Assembly: GCA_013265495.1 (NCBI GenBank)
Contig: MU057560.1
Location: 2,108,909 to 2,172,908 of the forward strand
DNA length: 64,000 bases
From: Vicugna vicugna
Taxonomy: Eukaryota
Direction of reading: 5' to 3'
The notes beneath the pieces were generated by a model. The model worked only from the letters and a program-made list of their open reading frames with translations. It did not search any database and was not told the origin of the DNA. The position numbers and the translations under genes were made by a program. Of this stretch, positions 10,771 through 21,806 are shown piece after piece (positions within the stretch are counted from its first letter, which is position 1; each line of letters begins with the position of its first letter).

Positions 10771-13539
10771 CTTTGGGCGTCACAGATGGGACTGTTAGCA
10801 CACTGGGGCTTATTTGCTCCGGGAAAGAGTGTTAATAGGGATGGGTAAATGGCAGTCACGCTGTGGGCATCGTAAGCATTGGGAAATGTGGAGCATATTT
10901 GATAACTCTCGTTACTTTGGCTTTAGCTGGAGGATCAGTGTGTGTTTCCATTGGATCAAAGAGATCTTAGAAGCGCAGTTCCCTCAGTTCACCTTCAGAG
11001 GTAACGCTGGAGCAAGAGCCCAGAAGGAGTCAGTGACCGCCCGGGGCAACACAGCTGGGAGGTGGCCAGTCCTCCCTGGAACCCAGCTCTCGGATTCCGC
11101 TCACCACTCAGCACGTCCTGCCGAGGCAGACGCATGGCAGAGGAAACGGGCTTCACAGGACTGCTGCCATGAGCCGGGAGCAGAGCCAACTGGGGACGTG
11201 AGACCGACGGCGGGGCTTGCGGCCAGGTGTCCCCACCTGCCGTCCAGGCACACCTGGGCAGCTTCCTCTGAGCCCTGATTCTCCAGGATGGGGGAGGCTT
11301 GGTCAAGTTCATCTTTACAGGCTTCCTAATAAGTTTTATAACTGCAGCTCCTAAGTTTTTATAGCGTGTCATCTATGCCCTCAGCCCTGCACTGGTAAAT
11401 CCAACTTTAAAATTTTAATAATGGCAATTCAAAATATATGAGTTTGAGCTTCATTATGAGCTGTTAAAAGCATTTTCAGAACTCAGCAATGGCGTGAGGA
11501 GTTGAAAGCGACCTTTCCACGCCGCCCAGATGAGCACGCGTCTTACCGCCCCCCGAGCCGACGTGGGCTGCGCTGTCTGTCGCACCCCAACACTCTCCTG
11601 CCCTCACCGCGATCACAGTGTTTTCTCCATTATGTCACTCGTTTCAGGAGCTGGCCTGGAACCGCATACATTTATGCAGCAGGACGTTTCTTTGTGCTTT
11701 GTGTGAGCCAGGTGGAGCGTGGGCCCTGTGAGGAGACAGTTAAGTACAGTCTCTTCTTTCGGAATCAGGAGCTGTCCCATCTTCCGATGCCCGGCTGCAG
11801 CGCAGAGCCTGGCCTTGCAGGGAGTGGGCCCCCCAGGCTGGCGTGGGGCCCCCTGTGCACCCCGATGGTGTGGGGTTCATAGCATGTGCTCTGGACCCTG
11901 TTTCCAACGAACAGGCCTCCAACTCTGTAACTCGGTCTCTTCGCCGTGATCGTGGCTGATAATGAAGTGTTACGTGGGGCTCTTTTAAGGATGAGAGGAA
12001 GCCGCGTGCGTGGAGTTGCTCGGTGCCTGCCGCATTTTGCGTGTTAGCCGTCATTCCTTTGATCTCTGCTTGTTTGCGGTGGCGACGTCTCGCCATGCTT
12101 TCTGAACGTGCCTAGCTTGAATCATCTCGCAGCGGTGTAGTCCTTGGACCTGTCTGTGAGCCTGTGTAGCTGAGGACTGTGGAAGAGTCTCAGGGCTCTC
12201 AAGCTTAACGAGGAAGGCTGAGGGCTGTTATCAGTGTCAGATGAGGAGAGATGGCCTCGGCAGGATGTTGACCCCACCCCCCAACCCCGCCCCGGCCGTC
12301 CGGGTAGGGGCCGATGTCAGTGTGCCCGAGAGTGTAAGAAGTGAGCCCAGGGGAAGGCCTGTTTGGTGCAGGTACCAGAGCCGGGTTGGACAGCAGCGCT
12401 TCGTGTCTTCATGGCAAAGAAGGGCTTTCTGATGAGGCTGTGAGAACCCGTCCCCGGGCGGGAGCAGGGCTCTGGAGGAGTGCTGGGCGGCAGAGAGGAG
12501 GCCAGAAGTCAGGCCCAAAGGCTGGCCCTCCAGCCAGGAGTCAGAGCCCGTCCGTGTGCAGGGAGGACTGGGGGGGACGGGGCCCTCACCTGGCGCCCCC
12601 TGACGTGGCTCACCTGGTCCTCAGAGCCCGCCCCCGAGGACTTCTGAGCCGGAGCTCGAGCGCTCCCCCGTGTGGTGGTCCTGGTGCTGCCGGGCGTCGC
12701 AGAGGGAGGGATTTGGGGAAAGGACGAATGGTACATTTAAGTGCATCCTTTTGTAAGTGTCACTGAATTTTCTGGTAAGTAGGAAATACCAGATGCTTAA
12801 GAAAAAAATTTCCTGTTCCCTCAACAACATAAAATTTTTTCCTGATTTGTATGTTGCCTTTTAGTCTCTGTTCATATGTGACTTTTATAATTTAGAAGTT
12901 GTCCGACAGGAACATTTCCAAACCCACTGTGAAAATTGCATTGGGCCATGAGTGTGGGGAGAAGCTGACTGAAAACAGTTTTATGGATAAAAACAATAGT
13001 AAGGGTTTTAACCTCCCCACTCTGCCCAAGAGAAGGGAGGGGGCTGGCGGTGGGGCTGCACCACACGGGATGCGCGCGGCCCCAGGGATCCCAGGAGCTC
13101 TCGGGACACTGAGGCTCAGGGCCACACGGCCTGTAGGCGGCAGTGGCGGGATTTGAATTCTACGCTGAGTCTGAAGCAACCCCTCAGGGGCTGGGCTATT
13201 TTCACATGAAGACCCTCACAGGAGGACGCGACAGCCACCTTCGCACCCACAGAATGAAGCCTCCTCGGGTGTCATGGAAACGGCCTCAAAGTAGCATTAA
13301 TGTTTGTTCTGATTGCAAAGTTGTGCATATTAATCATGAAACCATGTCAAAAATAAAGATAAGCCACCGAGAAGTAAAGAAAAAGCAGCTGTAACCGCCC
13401 CCGCCCAGCTCACTCCCCGGCTCTCCCGGGCAGGCCGGCCCGCTTGTAACCCGCGAGGGCGTGCAGCTCACCTGCTGGCCGGTGCCCTGGGAGTGTCTGT
13501 GGTGGCCCTTCCCGCGCACCGGGCCGTGTTTGCGAGACA

Positions 13540-13930
13540 CCGAATGGCTTCACGGTTCCACATTACAGTCAGACACCACGGTCTGTTTGAACAGTCTCCT
13601 GTTGCCGGACGCTCAGGTGGCTTCTAACTTGCATTACGATAATCAGCGCCACAGTGAACCTTCTTGGATACAAATCTTTGTGCACATCCACGATATGGTT
13701 TTCTTAGTACACATTTAGGTTTTGAACGTTTAATCTGTGTGTCTCCCGGTGACTTGGGTATGTATGAGAGGTTGTGAACATCATTTTCGTCCCTCTGGAA
13801 GTTACCCAGAGAAGTGCGGGGGCAGCCCGCCGTGACTCTTCGCGTGGAGGCCGAATGTCTCGCCGCCATGATTGATGCTGTGTGAGTGCTGATGCTTGTT
13901 GGCCTCGTTTTGGAGACGAGGTTTGAGATG
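13540..13930 (-). mobile_element. Old LINE1 remnant
   Basis: ctgtttgaacagtctcctgttgccggacgctcaggtggcttcta and atacaaatctttgtgcac are degraded antisense L1 ORF2/3' motifs. Confidence 0.55.
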
Positions 13931-14209
13931 TGCTGACGTGCAGCCCCTTCACCTCTTCCCCGCCTTGGTTGCTCCGGATGTGATTTGAGTTCTGTCCACT
14001 GGGGACAGGGTGGGCGGGGTGGGGCCAGGCCTGGCCTCATCAGGCAGCCCGGTTCTCCCCCGGCAGCCGGTCTGGGCAACCTTGGCTGCTTTGCACCGTC
14101 CTGGCCAACTCTGGCCCTGCCGCAGCCGTGGCCCAGCCAAGCCAGTCGGGGACAGAGTTTTCAGTGTGTCATTTCTTCAGCAGTGGATGTGGCTGGGGGT
14201 GGTCGCAAT

Positions 14210-14344
14210 CTTTTTTCAAGTCTTTTTTGGGGGGTTGGGGCAGGTAATGAGGTTTATTTACTCATGTTTTAACAGAGGCGCTGGGGACTGAACCCGGACC
14301 TCGTGCCTGCTAGGCACGCGCTCTGCTTCTGAGCCACACCCCCC
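14210..14344 (-). mobile_element. Camelid tRNA-derived SINE (Vic-1-like)
   Basis: ggtaatgaggtttattt...gaggcgctggggactgaacccggacctcgtgcctgctaggcacgcgctct...gagccacacccc; same family as the 27766 copy. Confidence 0.85.
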
Positions 14345-14557
14345 ACACCTTACAAGCTTAACGCTATACAGGGTTTCGTACCCGTCTCTTGAGAGGAAGA
14401 GTCAGATGAGCTTAGAGAAGGTATCCTGTCGGTGTAGGAAGAACAGAAGTTGACTGGAGAGCTGGAAAGTGCGTCCGAGGCTTCTGGGTCGTCCCGTGAT
14501 CCACGGAGGCCCGGGGAGAGGGCGCGACTCTGACCTGCCCCTTCCTTGTGTTTGCAG

Positions 14558-14690
14558 ATCCACATCATAGACTTTGACGACGAGAATAACATTATCAGCA
14601 AGAACGTGCTTCTCCACCAGGTGGGCGAGATCTGGCACATCAGCGCCAGCCCGGCCGACAGAGGCGTGCTGGCCACCTGCTACAACAGGA
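14558..14690 (+). CDS. EIPR1: EIPR1 coding exon 3 ([44 protein letters not shown]+1 nt), 133 nt
   Basis: ctgac branch-like site, tttgcAG acceptor, A|gtgagt donor; in frame with exon 2; matches EIPR1. Confidence 0.96.
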
Positions 14691-16476
14691 GTGAGTACCC
14701 GGGGCCTGGGCGCCGCCGGGGGTGGGGGGGCCAGCCCGGGCTGGTCTGGCACTGCCGGCCGGCGGCGGCACGGGAGTGCTGAGTGTGCTGTTGGGGTGTG
14801 CGCTGCGTGCACCGGGAAGCGGGCCCCCGTGGCACACAGAGTGACAATACGCGGTGAAGCCGCAGCCCCGGCAGCGGAGCTGGAGTCACAGCTGCTCTGG
14901 GAGCCCTGAGCCTGGGGCAGGGGGTGATGCCGGAGGCCGCCACTGATGGCCTGAGGCCTCCCCGGGGACGTGGCGGCCCTGTGGTGACTAGCTGCACCCT
15001 CGGGGGGTGGCTGCCTTGCCTGTCGGTGCGCGTGGTAGCAGCGTGGAGGTAACGGCCCGTGACTGTCGGGCTTCCTGGCACACGCGTGCTGTGTGTCCCG
15101 ACAGCCTCCCCCCGCCTGCTGCCCGCACTCCGGTCCTGGGACCTTTGAACGTGGTGTCCGTCCAGAGCCTGTGGCCCTGAACCGGCCACACCCCGCTCTG
15201 ATCTCCTTCCTCTGTCGTTGTCAGTGACCAGTGTTCACATCCTGGCTTTAGGGGAAAAATTCAGTCTTTTTCTGTTAAATAAGCCAGAATAAAATCTCTG
15301 TTTTGCTGTGTATTTTCTGAAATGCTTCCTTCACTGACCCCCCCGCGGGGTAGTGCCCGTAGTTTCTAGACACTTCGTTGTGACACGTTCTGTGTCCTCC
15401 TCCCTTTCGCCCTCGAGCTTCAGGGCCGTCTCACAGGGTAGCAGCGTGGTTGCCAGGAAGCCCATGTCTGGGACCCTGTGCTCAGACTCTGCTTTCATAG
15501 AATTCTGCATTTTCTTTCCACTTTAACGTCACCCCTCCACCTTTAACGCACCTTTTCTTTGGGGAAAAATAACTGTCTCCTGAAAGGTCTTTTCCTCCCT
15601 GTGTTCTTCGCCTCTCAGCCTCTGAGCGCGCCATTGCCCTTGCGGAGAGCAGCCCCCGTGGGCCCCCACTTCTCTCCCGCGTCGGGGTCGGAGCTGTTTG
15701 TTTCTCCTTTGTTGCCTTGTCTCCGGTGAACTCGGCTACCACCCAGAGGCCACGGTGGCTGGTGGTCCCACCGTCCGTCTTCCTGGAGCGTGTTTGGGCG
15801 GGTAACCTACTTTTGTATTTTTGTATAAACAGCTATTTTTTTGCAACAACTAAGAATACATGTTGATTTCCCACATAGGTGGGAACGGCGCTCTCCTAAA
15901 GCTGTGGCCGTGTCCCCCTTCACGTGTGTCCTGGACTCTCTCTGTGGGCCTTGCTGGGAGGAAGGAGACAGGAACCACAGCAACGTGGCTTCTACACGGT
16001 GTCTAGAAACAGCCTGCTCTGCAGTAATCTTGGAATTGACACGCGTTATCAATATCAGGGTTTAACTTACGTCCGTTTATGGCAACACGCAAACTAGTAG
16101 AAGTCTGCACCATGACAAGCGCAGGGGCCGCACACCCACCCACCCAGCCTTGTAAATAACCGGGGAACTGGAGTGGCTGCCGCTCACGTGGGTACGTACG
16201 GGTGGGCAGCCCCACCCCACGCTGTGCGGGCTCCTGCCCCGGAGGGGGCGCTAGGCCTGGCACAGGCCGGTCTTTCCTCTTTGCACCGAACAGAGCGAGA
16301 TGGGGCTGGAGATGACAGTGCTTCGTATTTCATTTTAACCCTTAGAGTCTCACGTTTGTGGCTTTCAAAAGTAGAGTGGACGGACCTCTCTTCACTGGAA
16401 CAGCTGTGCACTAGCCACGGCGTCGGCCAAGGGTGGTGTCCCCGGGGCGAGGCCAGGTGGGCCTGCGGTGGCGCTT

Positions 16477-16600
16477 GAGCTGCGTGTGCTCTGCGAGCCG
16501 CGTGTGCTCCGCGAGCCGCGTGTGCTCCGTGAGCTGCAGGTGCCGCGTGTGCCGCATGTGCTCCATGAGCCGTGTGAGCCAAGTGAGCCGTGTGAGCATG
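16477..16600. repeat. GC-rich tandem repeat (18-bp gagccgcgtgtgctccgy decaying to 9-bp units)
   Basis: Three near-perfect 18-mers, then shorter gagccgtgt units. Confidence 0.85.
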
Positions 16601-17265
16601 AGGTGCGTATTTGTCAACTCCTCTTTGGTTTGGGTTCAGTGGAAGTACTTCACTGGGGGCACTTTGCCTAGTGGGAGATAGGAAACCAGTCACGTAAAAT
16701 ACGGATCAGAGAGGTCTGTTGGTTGTGATTTTGGGGATCAAGTTACAGTTTTTGTTTCAATACTGATTCCTTTAGGGTGTGGATATGATTAACTTCATTG
16801 GCCAGAAAATGTGCATTTCGTTGCCACCTGCTCTGGTGAACAGTCCCCTCTGATCAGTGTAAGGCAGCCTAGGAAGAAGAAACACCCCCTCCATGCCCAC
16901 CCCAGCGTGCTTGCCCCTTGCCGTCCTGCCCAAGAGGAAGCAGAGTTTCTGGACGGCCTGGCCCGAGGGGTGCAGGGGTGTGGTGTGGTCCATTGGAGGT
17001 CGAGGCCTGGGCGGAGGCTGGCGCGGCCACATGGAGAGGGATGTGGGCCAGGAGGTCCCCCGCAGAGCACTTGGGTTGAGGCCCCCACCCCAGGGCTCGT
17101 GGCGGATCCTCGGACCAGTCGCATGTTGACGGCTCCCAGCACCGTCACCGTCACCCTGTCTACATACAAGAAACGTGGTGATGCTGGTGACAGTGCCATC
17201 CACCTTTTGATGCTCATGTGCCCAGTGCTTTAGGTGAGTGTCCAGTTTTTCGTTCATTGAGATTG

Positions 17266-17833
17266 TTTCCAGTTTACTGAGTTGTAATTGATGTGTAACA
17301 CTGTGTTGGTTTCAGATGTGTATTTCATGAAGCGATCACCACAGTCAGTTAACATCCATCTCCTGCAGTTAAACATTTTTTCTCGTGATGGAAGCTCTCT
17401 CAGCGACTTTCAAATACACGAGAGGTATTGTTAACGACAGTCGCTGTGCTGTGCACCACATCCCGGGACCCACTTACCTTATAACTGGAAGTTTGGATCT
17501 CTTGACCCCCTTCACCCAGTCCTCCCCCGACCCCTGCCTCTGGCCACCACCGTCCTGTTCTCTGTGTCTATGGGCTCGTCCTCTTCAGACCCCTTGTAAG
17601 TGAGGTCACACGGGACCTGTCTTTCTCCGTCTGACTCATTTCACTTCGCACAGCTCACTCAGTGTCCATCCTTGTCGCTCGTGGCAGGATGCCCTCCCTC
17701 TCTGGCTGGGCAACAACCGCCGTGTGTGTACACGTGTACGCCAGCCCTTGTTACCCACTCACCATTGATGGCACCGGGGTTGCTTCCACGCCTTGGCCGT
17801 TGTGAGTCGTACTGCTGTGAGGCGGGGGTGTTG
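17266..17833 (-). mobile_element. LINE1 3' end (L1MA9/10-like)
   Basis: cttataactggaagtttg...ttgacccccttcaccca, aagtgaggtcacacgg, ctgactcatttcactt. Confidence 0.8.
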
Positions 17834-17904
17834 CAGTTTAATCCTGCTGTTAATGCACGTTCAGGGCTTCTGTGGGGTTCCAGAATGCAGGGAGAGTTTT
17901 TAAT

Positions 17905-18245
17905 TAGCTTCTTTTTTTTGGAAGCTGAATCCTGGATTGTTTCTTACGCTCCCGACTAACCTTTCTGGGTCCCATCTGTAGCATTTCTCTGTCCTGACTG
18001 ACTTTCTGTAGCACCTCCAAATTTAGTATCATCTGGAAATTTAATTAACGTGCTGTTTACTGCTCCTTCCAGATCACTAATGAAGATGTTAAATAAGACC
18101 TGGTCCCCCGGGCTCCCCGCTGGACACCTCCTCACAGCTTAATACCCTGTCATTTATCAGTGCACTTTGTTTATGGTCCTTTCTCCAGGTTTCAGGCCAC
18201 CGGGGGGTGCTTGACACAGCCCAACTTGAATTAATTTTTCCAGTC
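17905..18245 (-). mobile_element. Ancient CR1/L3 LINE reverse-transcriptase fragment
   Basis: Minus-strand translation with frameshifts: LEKLIQVGL / RWPETWRKDHKQSALINDRVLSCEEVSSGEP / VLFNIFISDLEGAVNSTLIKFPDDTKFGGA / DREMLQ, colinear with CR1 RT (SGVPQGS..LFNIFINDL..SKFADDTKLGG). Confidence 0.85.
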
Positions 18246-18411
18246 AGACTGAAAAACACTGTGCAGACCCTCCCTCAGCCCCAGATGTGCCGTCTGCTGT
18301 GATCTTCCGCGGCCTGGCACCTCTGTGCCCTTGGCCCTTGGCCTCTCCCGAGCCCAGCCCTCCTTGGAGACGCAGGGAGGGGCCTGGACCCGTGCCGTGC
18401 GAGGCACCTGG

Positions 18412-18745
18412 TGCCGTCTTAGGCTGCTCTGGTTCCCATGACAAACACCATGGATGGCAGCGTGAACAGTAGAAGTGTGTCCCTCATAGCTCTGGGGCTC
18501 CAGCCAGAGCCAGGAGTCACAGGGCCGGTTCCTCCCAGGCCTCTCTCCGTGGCTTCTCCCTGGTCCTTACGTGGTCGCCCCTGTGTGCCGGCATGTCCTG
18601 AGGACACTGGTCCTCCTGAATCAGGGCCCCACCCTGCTGGCCTCGGCTGCCTTAATCACCTCCGTCGAGGCACTGTCTGCCAGCACGGTCCCACTCTGAG
18701 GTGCTGGGTTAGGGCTTCAGCGTGCGACTTTGGGAGGCACAGCTG
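18412..18745 (-). mobile_element. MLT1B-like LTR
   Basis: gaggacactggtc...agggccccaccct...ttaatcacctc...cacggtcccactctgaggtgctgggttagggcttca. Confidence 0.75.
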
Positions 18746-18793
18746 TGGATTCTTTGAGCCTTTGTTTATGTGAGAGGTTTGGGGTGGGGGTTC

Positions 18794-19533
18794 CTTTTTT
18801 CACTGAAGTACAGTCAATTTACAATGTTGTCAGTTTCTGGTGTACAGCACAGAGGCTCGTTCATATGCATGTATATTCCTTTCACATGTTTTTCAGTATA
18901 GGTTGTTACAAGGTTTTGAATGTAGTTCCCTGTGCTGTACAGTAGGACCTTGCTGTTTCTTGGTTTTATACAGAGTGGTTAGTATCTGCTAATCCCGAGC
19001 TCCCAATTTATCCCTTCCCACCCCTTCCCCTGGTAGCCATAGTTTGTTTTCTAGGTCTGTGGGTCTGTTCCTGTTTTATAAATAAGTTTGTTTGTGTCTT
19101 TTTTTTAGATTCCACATATAAGTGATATCATATGATATTTTTCTTTTTCTGATTTACTGCACTTAATATGATAATCTGTAGGTCCATCCGTGTTGCTGCA
19201 AACGGCATTATTTTATTCTTTTTTGTGGCTGAGTAGTGTTCCATTGTGTGTATGTGTCTGTGTGTGTGTGTGTATCACAACTTCTTTATCCAGTCCTCTG
19301 TTGATGGACATTTAGGTGGCTTCCGTGTCTTGGCTAATGTAAGCAGTGCTCTATGAACACTGGGGTGCAGGCACCTTTTCAAATTAGAGTTTTCTCTTTT
19401 TCTGGGTATGTGCCCAGGAGTGAGTGGGGTGGCTGGATTATATGATGTCTATTTTCAGTTTTTTAAGAAATCTCCATACTGTTTTCCATAACGGCTACAC
19501 CAAACTACACTCCCACCAGCAGTGCAGGAGGGC
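18794..19533 (-). mobile_element. Young 5'-truncated LINE1 (camelid type), about 740 bp
   Basis: T-run then L1 3'UTR (ttttttagattccacatataagtgat) and ORF2 end; possible TSD tgggggttc on both sides. Confidence 0.9.
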
Positions 19534-21606
19534 TGGGGGGTTCTGTCTTGTTTAGGTTTCTGGCCTCCCTCACTCTGTACTGCACAGGAGGCCCTCTGCC
19601 GGCGCATGATTTACCTTTGTGTTTTTGACTAGAGGTGAGACCTTGACATTCTGCGATCTATTAATAAGGCATTTTCTCCGGGTTGCTCACGGGTGAGGCT
19701 ATTTGGGACATGGCTGGGAGGGGGCGTGGCCAGGGAGGTGTGGCCTTGAGGGACTGATGGGGGTGTGGCTAGGGATGCAGGCCGCCTAACCTCTGCATGT
19801 GAGGGTTCCCTACTCTCTGGCCTACTCTGCTGGAGAGCTGGCAGGTGAGGGGCTCCAGGATGAACACATAACGCAGGAGGGGGCAGTGGGGGCCAGTGCA
19901 GCGCGGGGCTGGGCGTGGTGCGGGTGTCTGTGGACAGCTGGGCCGGGGCGGTGACTACCCGCCTGTGCGCCAGGTCCCAGGACAAGCAGGACTTCCCGGA
20001 CAGAGGGCATTTAAGGCTGCGGCTGGGCATGGGGAGCAGCCACTGAAGGGCTGGTCCGAATGACACAGCCGAGCCCCCAGCTGGGGGAGTGTCGGGTCCA
20101 GATCTGCGTTTTCACAAGACCCTGGGAGGAGGGGGCCATGACACTGAGGGCCCCAGCGACCCTGCTCCTCCTCCTCTGTCAGGGTCAGTCAGTCATGGTG
20201 GTCCTGTGACTCGCCAGACATAAAACTGTGAAAATAGTCTTTAAAAAAAGGTGTAAGTACTCCGAAAATGAGAAACAACTTCTCATTATGCTGGTGAAAT
20301 TTCAGCAAGACCAAAAGAGGCCCTTTAAAAACAAAGAGAAGCAATGAAGGTGAAGCCTGGATGGAGAGTACAGGCAGGAGGCCGCCAGGGTTGGCGAGGC
20401 TTCCAGCAGCCTTCCGGTAATTGGCGGCTGGCGCCCCTCGGCCCGCGCCGGGGAGGGTGGGTGAGTGGCAGCTGTGTCACGCGGCGGAATCAATCTCGCG
20501 CCCCCGCGCTCCGGAGAGCATCCCCCATTAGGACTGGGATGAATTTTTCAGCAGAGAAAGGTGAAGTGTCAGGAAGACTGTAGATCACGCTGGCGCTGGG
20601 GCCTCGGGAAATCAGAGCGCGGCAGAAGGGCTGACAGGGCAGCGTGGAGAAATACGGGGCGTGTGCCCTGCCCTCCGGTGAGAGAGCCGTGGGCGGGCCG
20701 CAGCCCAGCCCTCCGGGGCCCATCGACCGTCGGCCATCGACCAGGCCTGCAGCTTGGGTCGGTCCAGGCTGTTGCTGTGACCACGTGTGTGTGGGGGTGG
20801 GGTGGGGGTATGTGGTGGTCGGTGTGGGAGGCAGCCTGAGGGGTCCCATGGCACTGGGTGAGGGTGAAGGTCAGGTGCACATGAGGACCTTGCCCCTCCC
20901 TCCACTCCCCCCAGGAGCCCAGCTTGGGCCTTCAGTTCTCACCTTGACCCTGACAGTTTGACTCCTACAAGGAATTTTTCTAGAACACGGATGCAGGACC
21001 TCACCTCTGCTTCTCAGAGGCCAGCAGCGCTTCCCCGGGAGCTGAGTGCCCAGCCCACCTCTCTCCCCTCGACCTGGAGCAGTTGGGGCCCTCTGTGAGC
21101 CTCCCCAGCGTCTGTGAAGCTGGGAGTGCCTGTGGGGTTGGGGGGCCAGGTGAAGGGCCCCGAGTCCCAGGTCTTCTGTGAGCTGCCCCCTGCCTGCCCT
21201 CCTACAACGACCTCCCGCTGCACCTCACCCTGCTTCCCGGGGCGGGGAGGGGGCTCCTCTCACACCCCTTCCCTTGTGCTTTTCTGATTCTCTGGCTGAT
21301 TTTCATGCTAATAATCTCTCTGCCTCAAGCATTCTTCCTCCAAATCTCTGCCTGTCACAATCTGTGTCACCTCAGGCCAGCTCGTCCTCCGCAGCTCCTC
21401 TCCTCCCCCCTCCCCGCCCTGCACCAGACTCTGTGTGGGCATGGGCCGCAGTGGGGCCCCCGTGGGTGGGGCCCTCACGCAGGCTTTGGCCCTGGTGACT
21501 CTGTGAATGAGACACCATCCCCCAGGGTCCCCACAGGCAAGGAGGTAACACATCCACCTTCTTACCCGTTTGTGGTGAAGCTAAGATCAGCGTGTACATC
21601 AGAGGT

Positions 21607-21806
21607 GGGGTTGCTGGAGAAAACACAGGATACCCTGTCGAACTGGAACTTGAGATGCACAAGGGGCAGTTCTTCGGGTTCGAGCATCCCGTGCAGAACA
21701 CTTCTCCTTTCCAGTCCGGAGACCCAGGTCCGAGGGCTGGCCTGCCCCAGACACGGATCCGCCCACAGTGCCTGCCTGCTGGACTGTCGGGCAGGCACAG
21801 CAACCC
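21607..21806. mobile_element. MER53-like hAT MITE, GC-shifted
   Basis: ggggttgctggagaaaacacaggataccctgtcgaactggaacttgagat is colinear with the recalled MER53 end; cagcaaccc at about 21798-21806 could be the opposite TIR. Confidence 0.55.
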
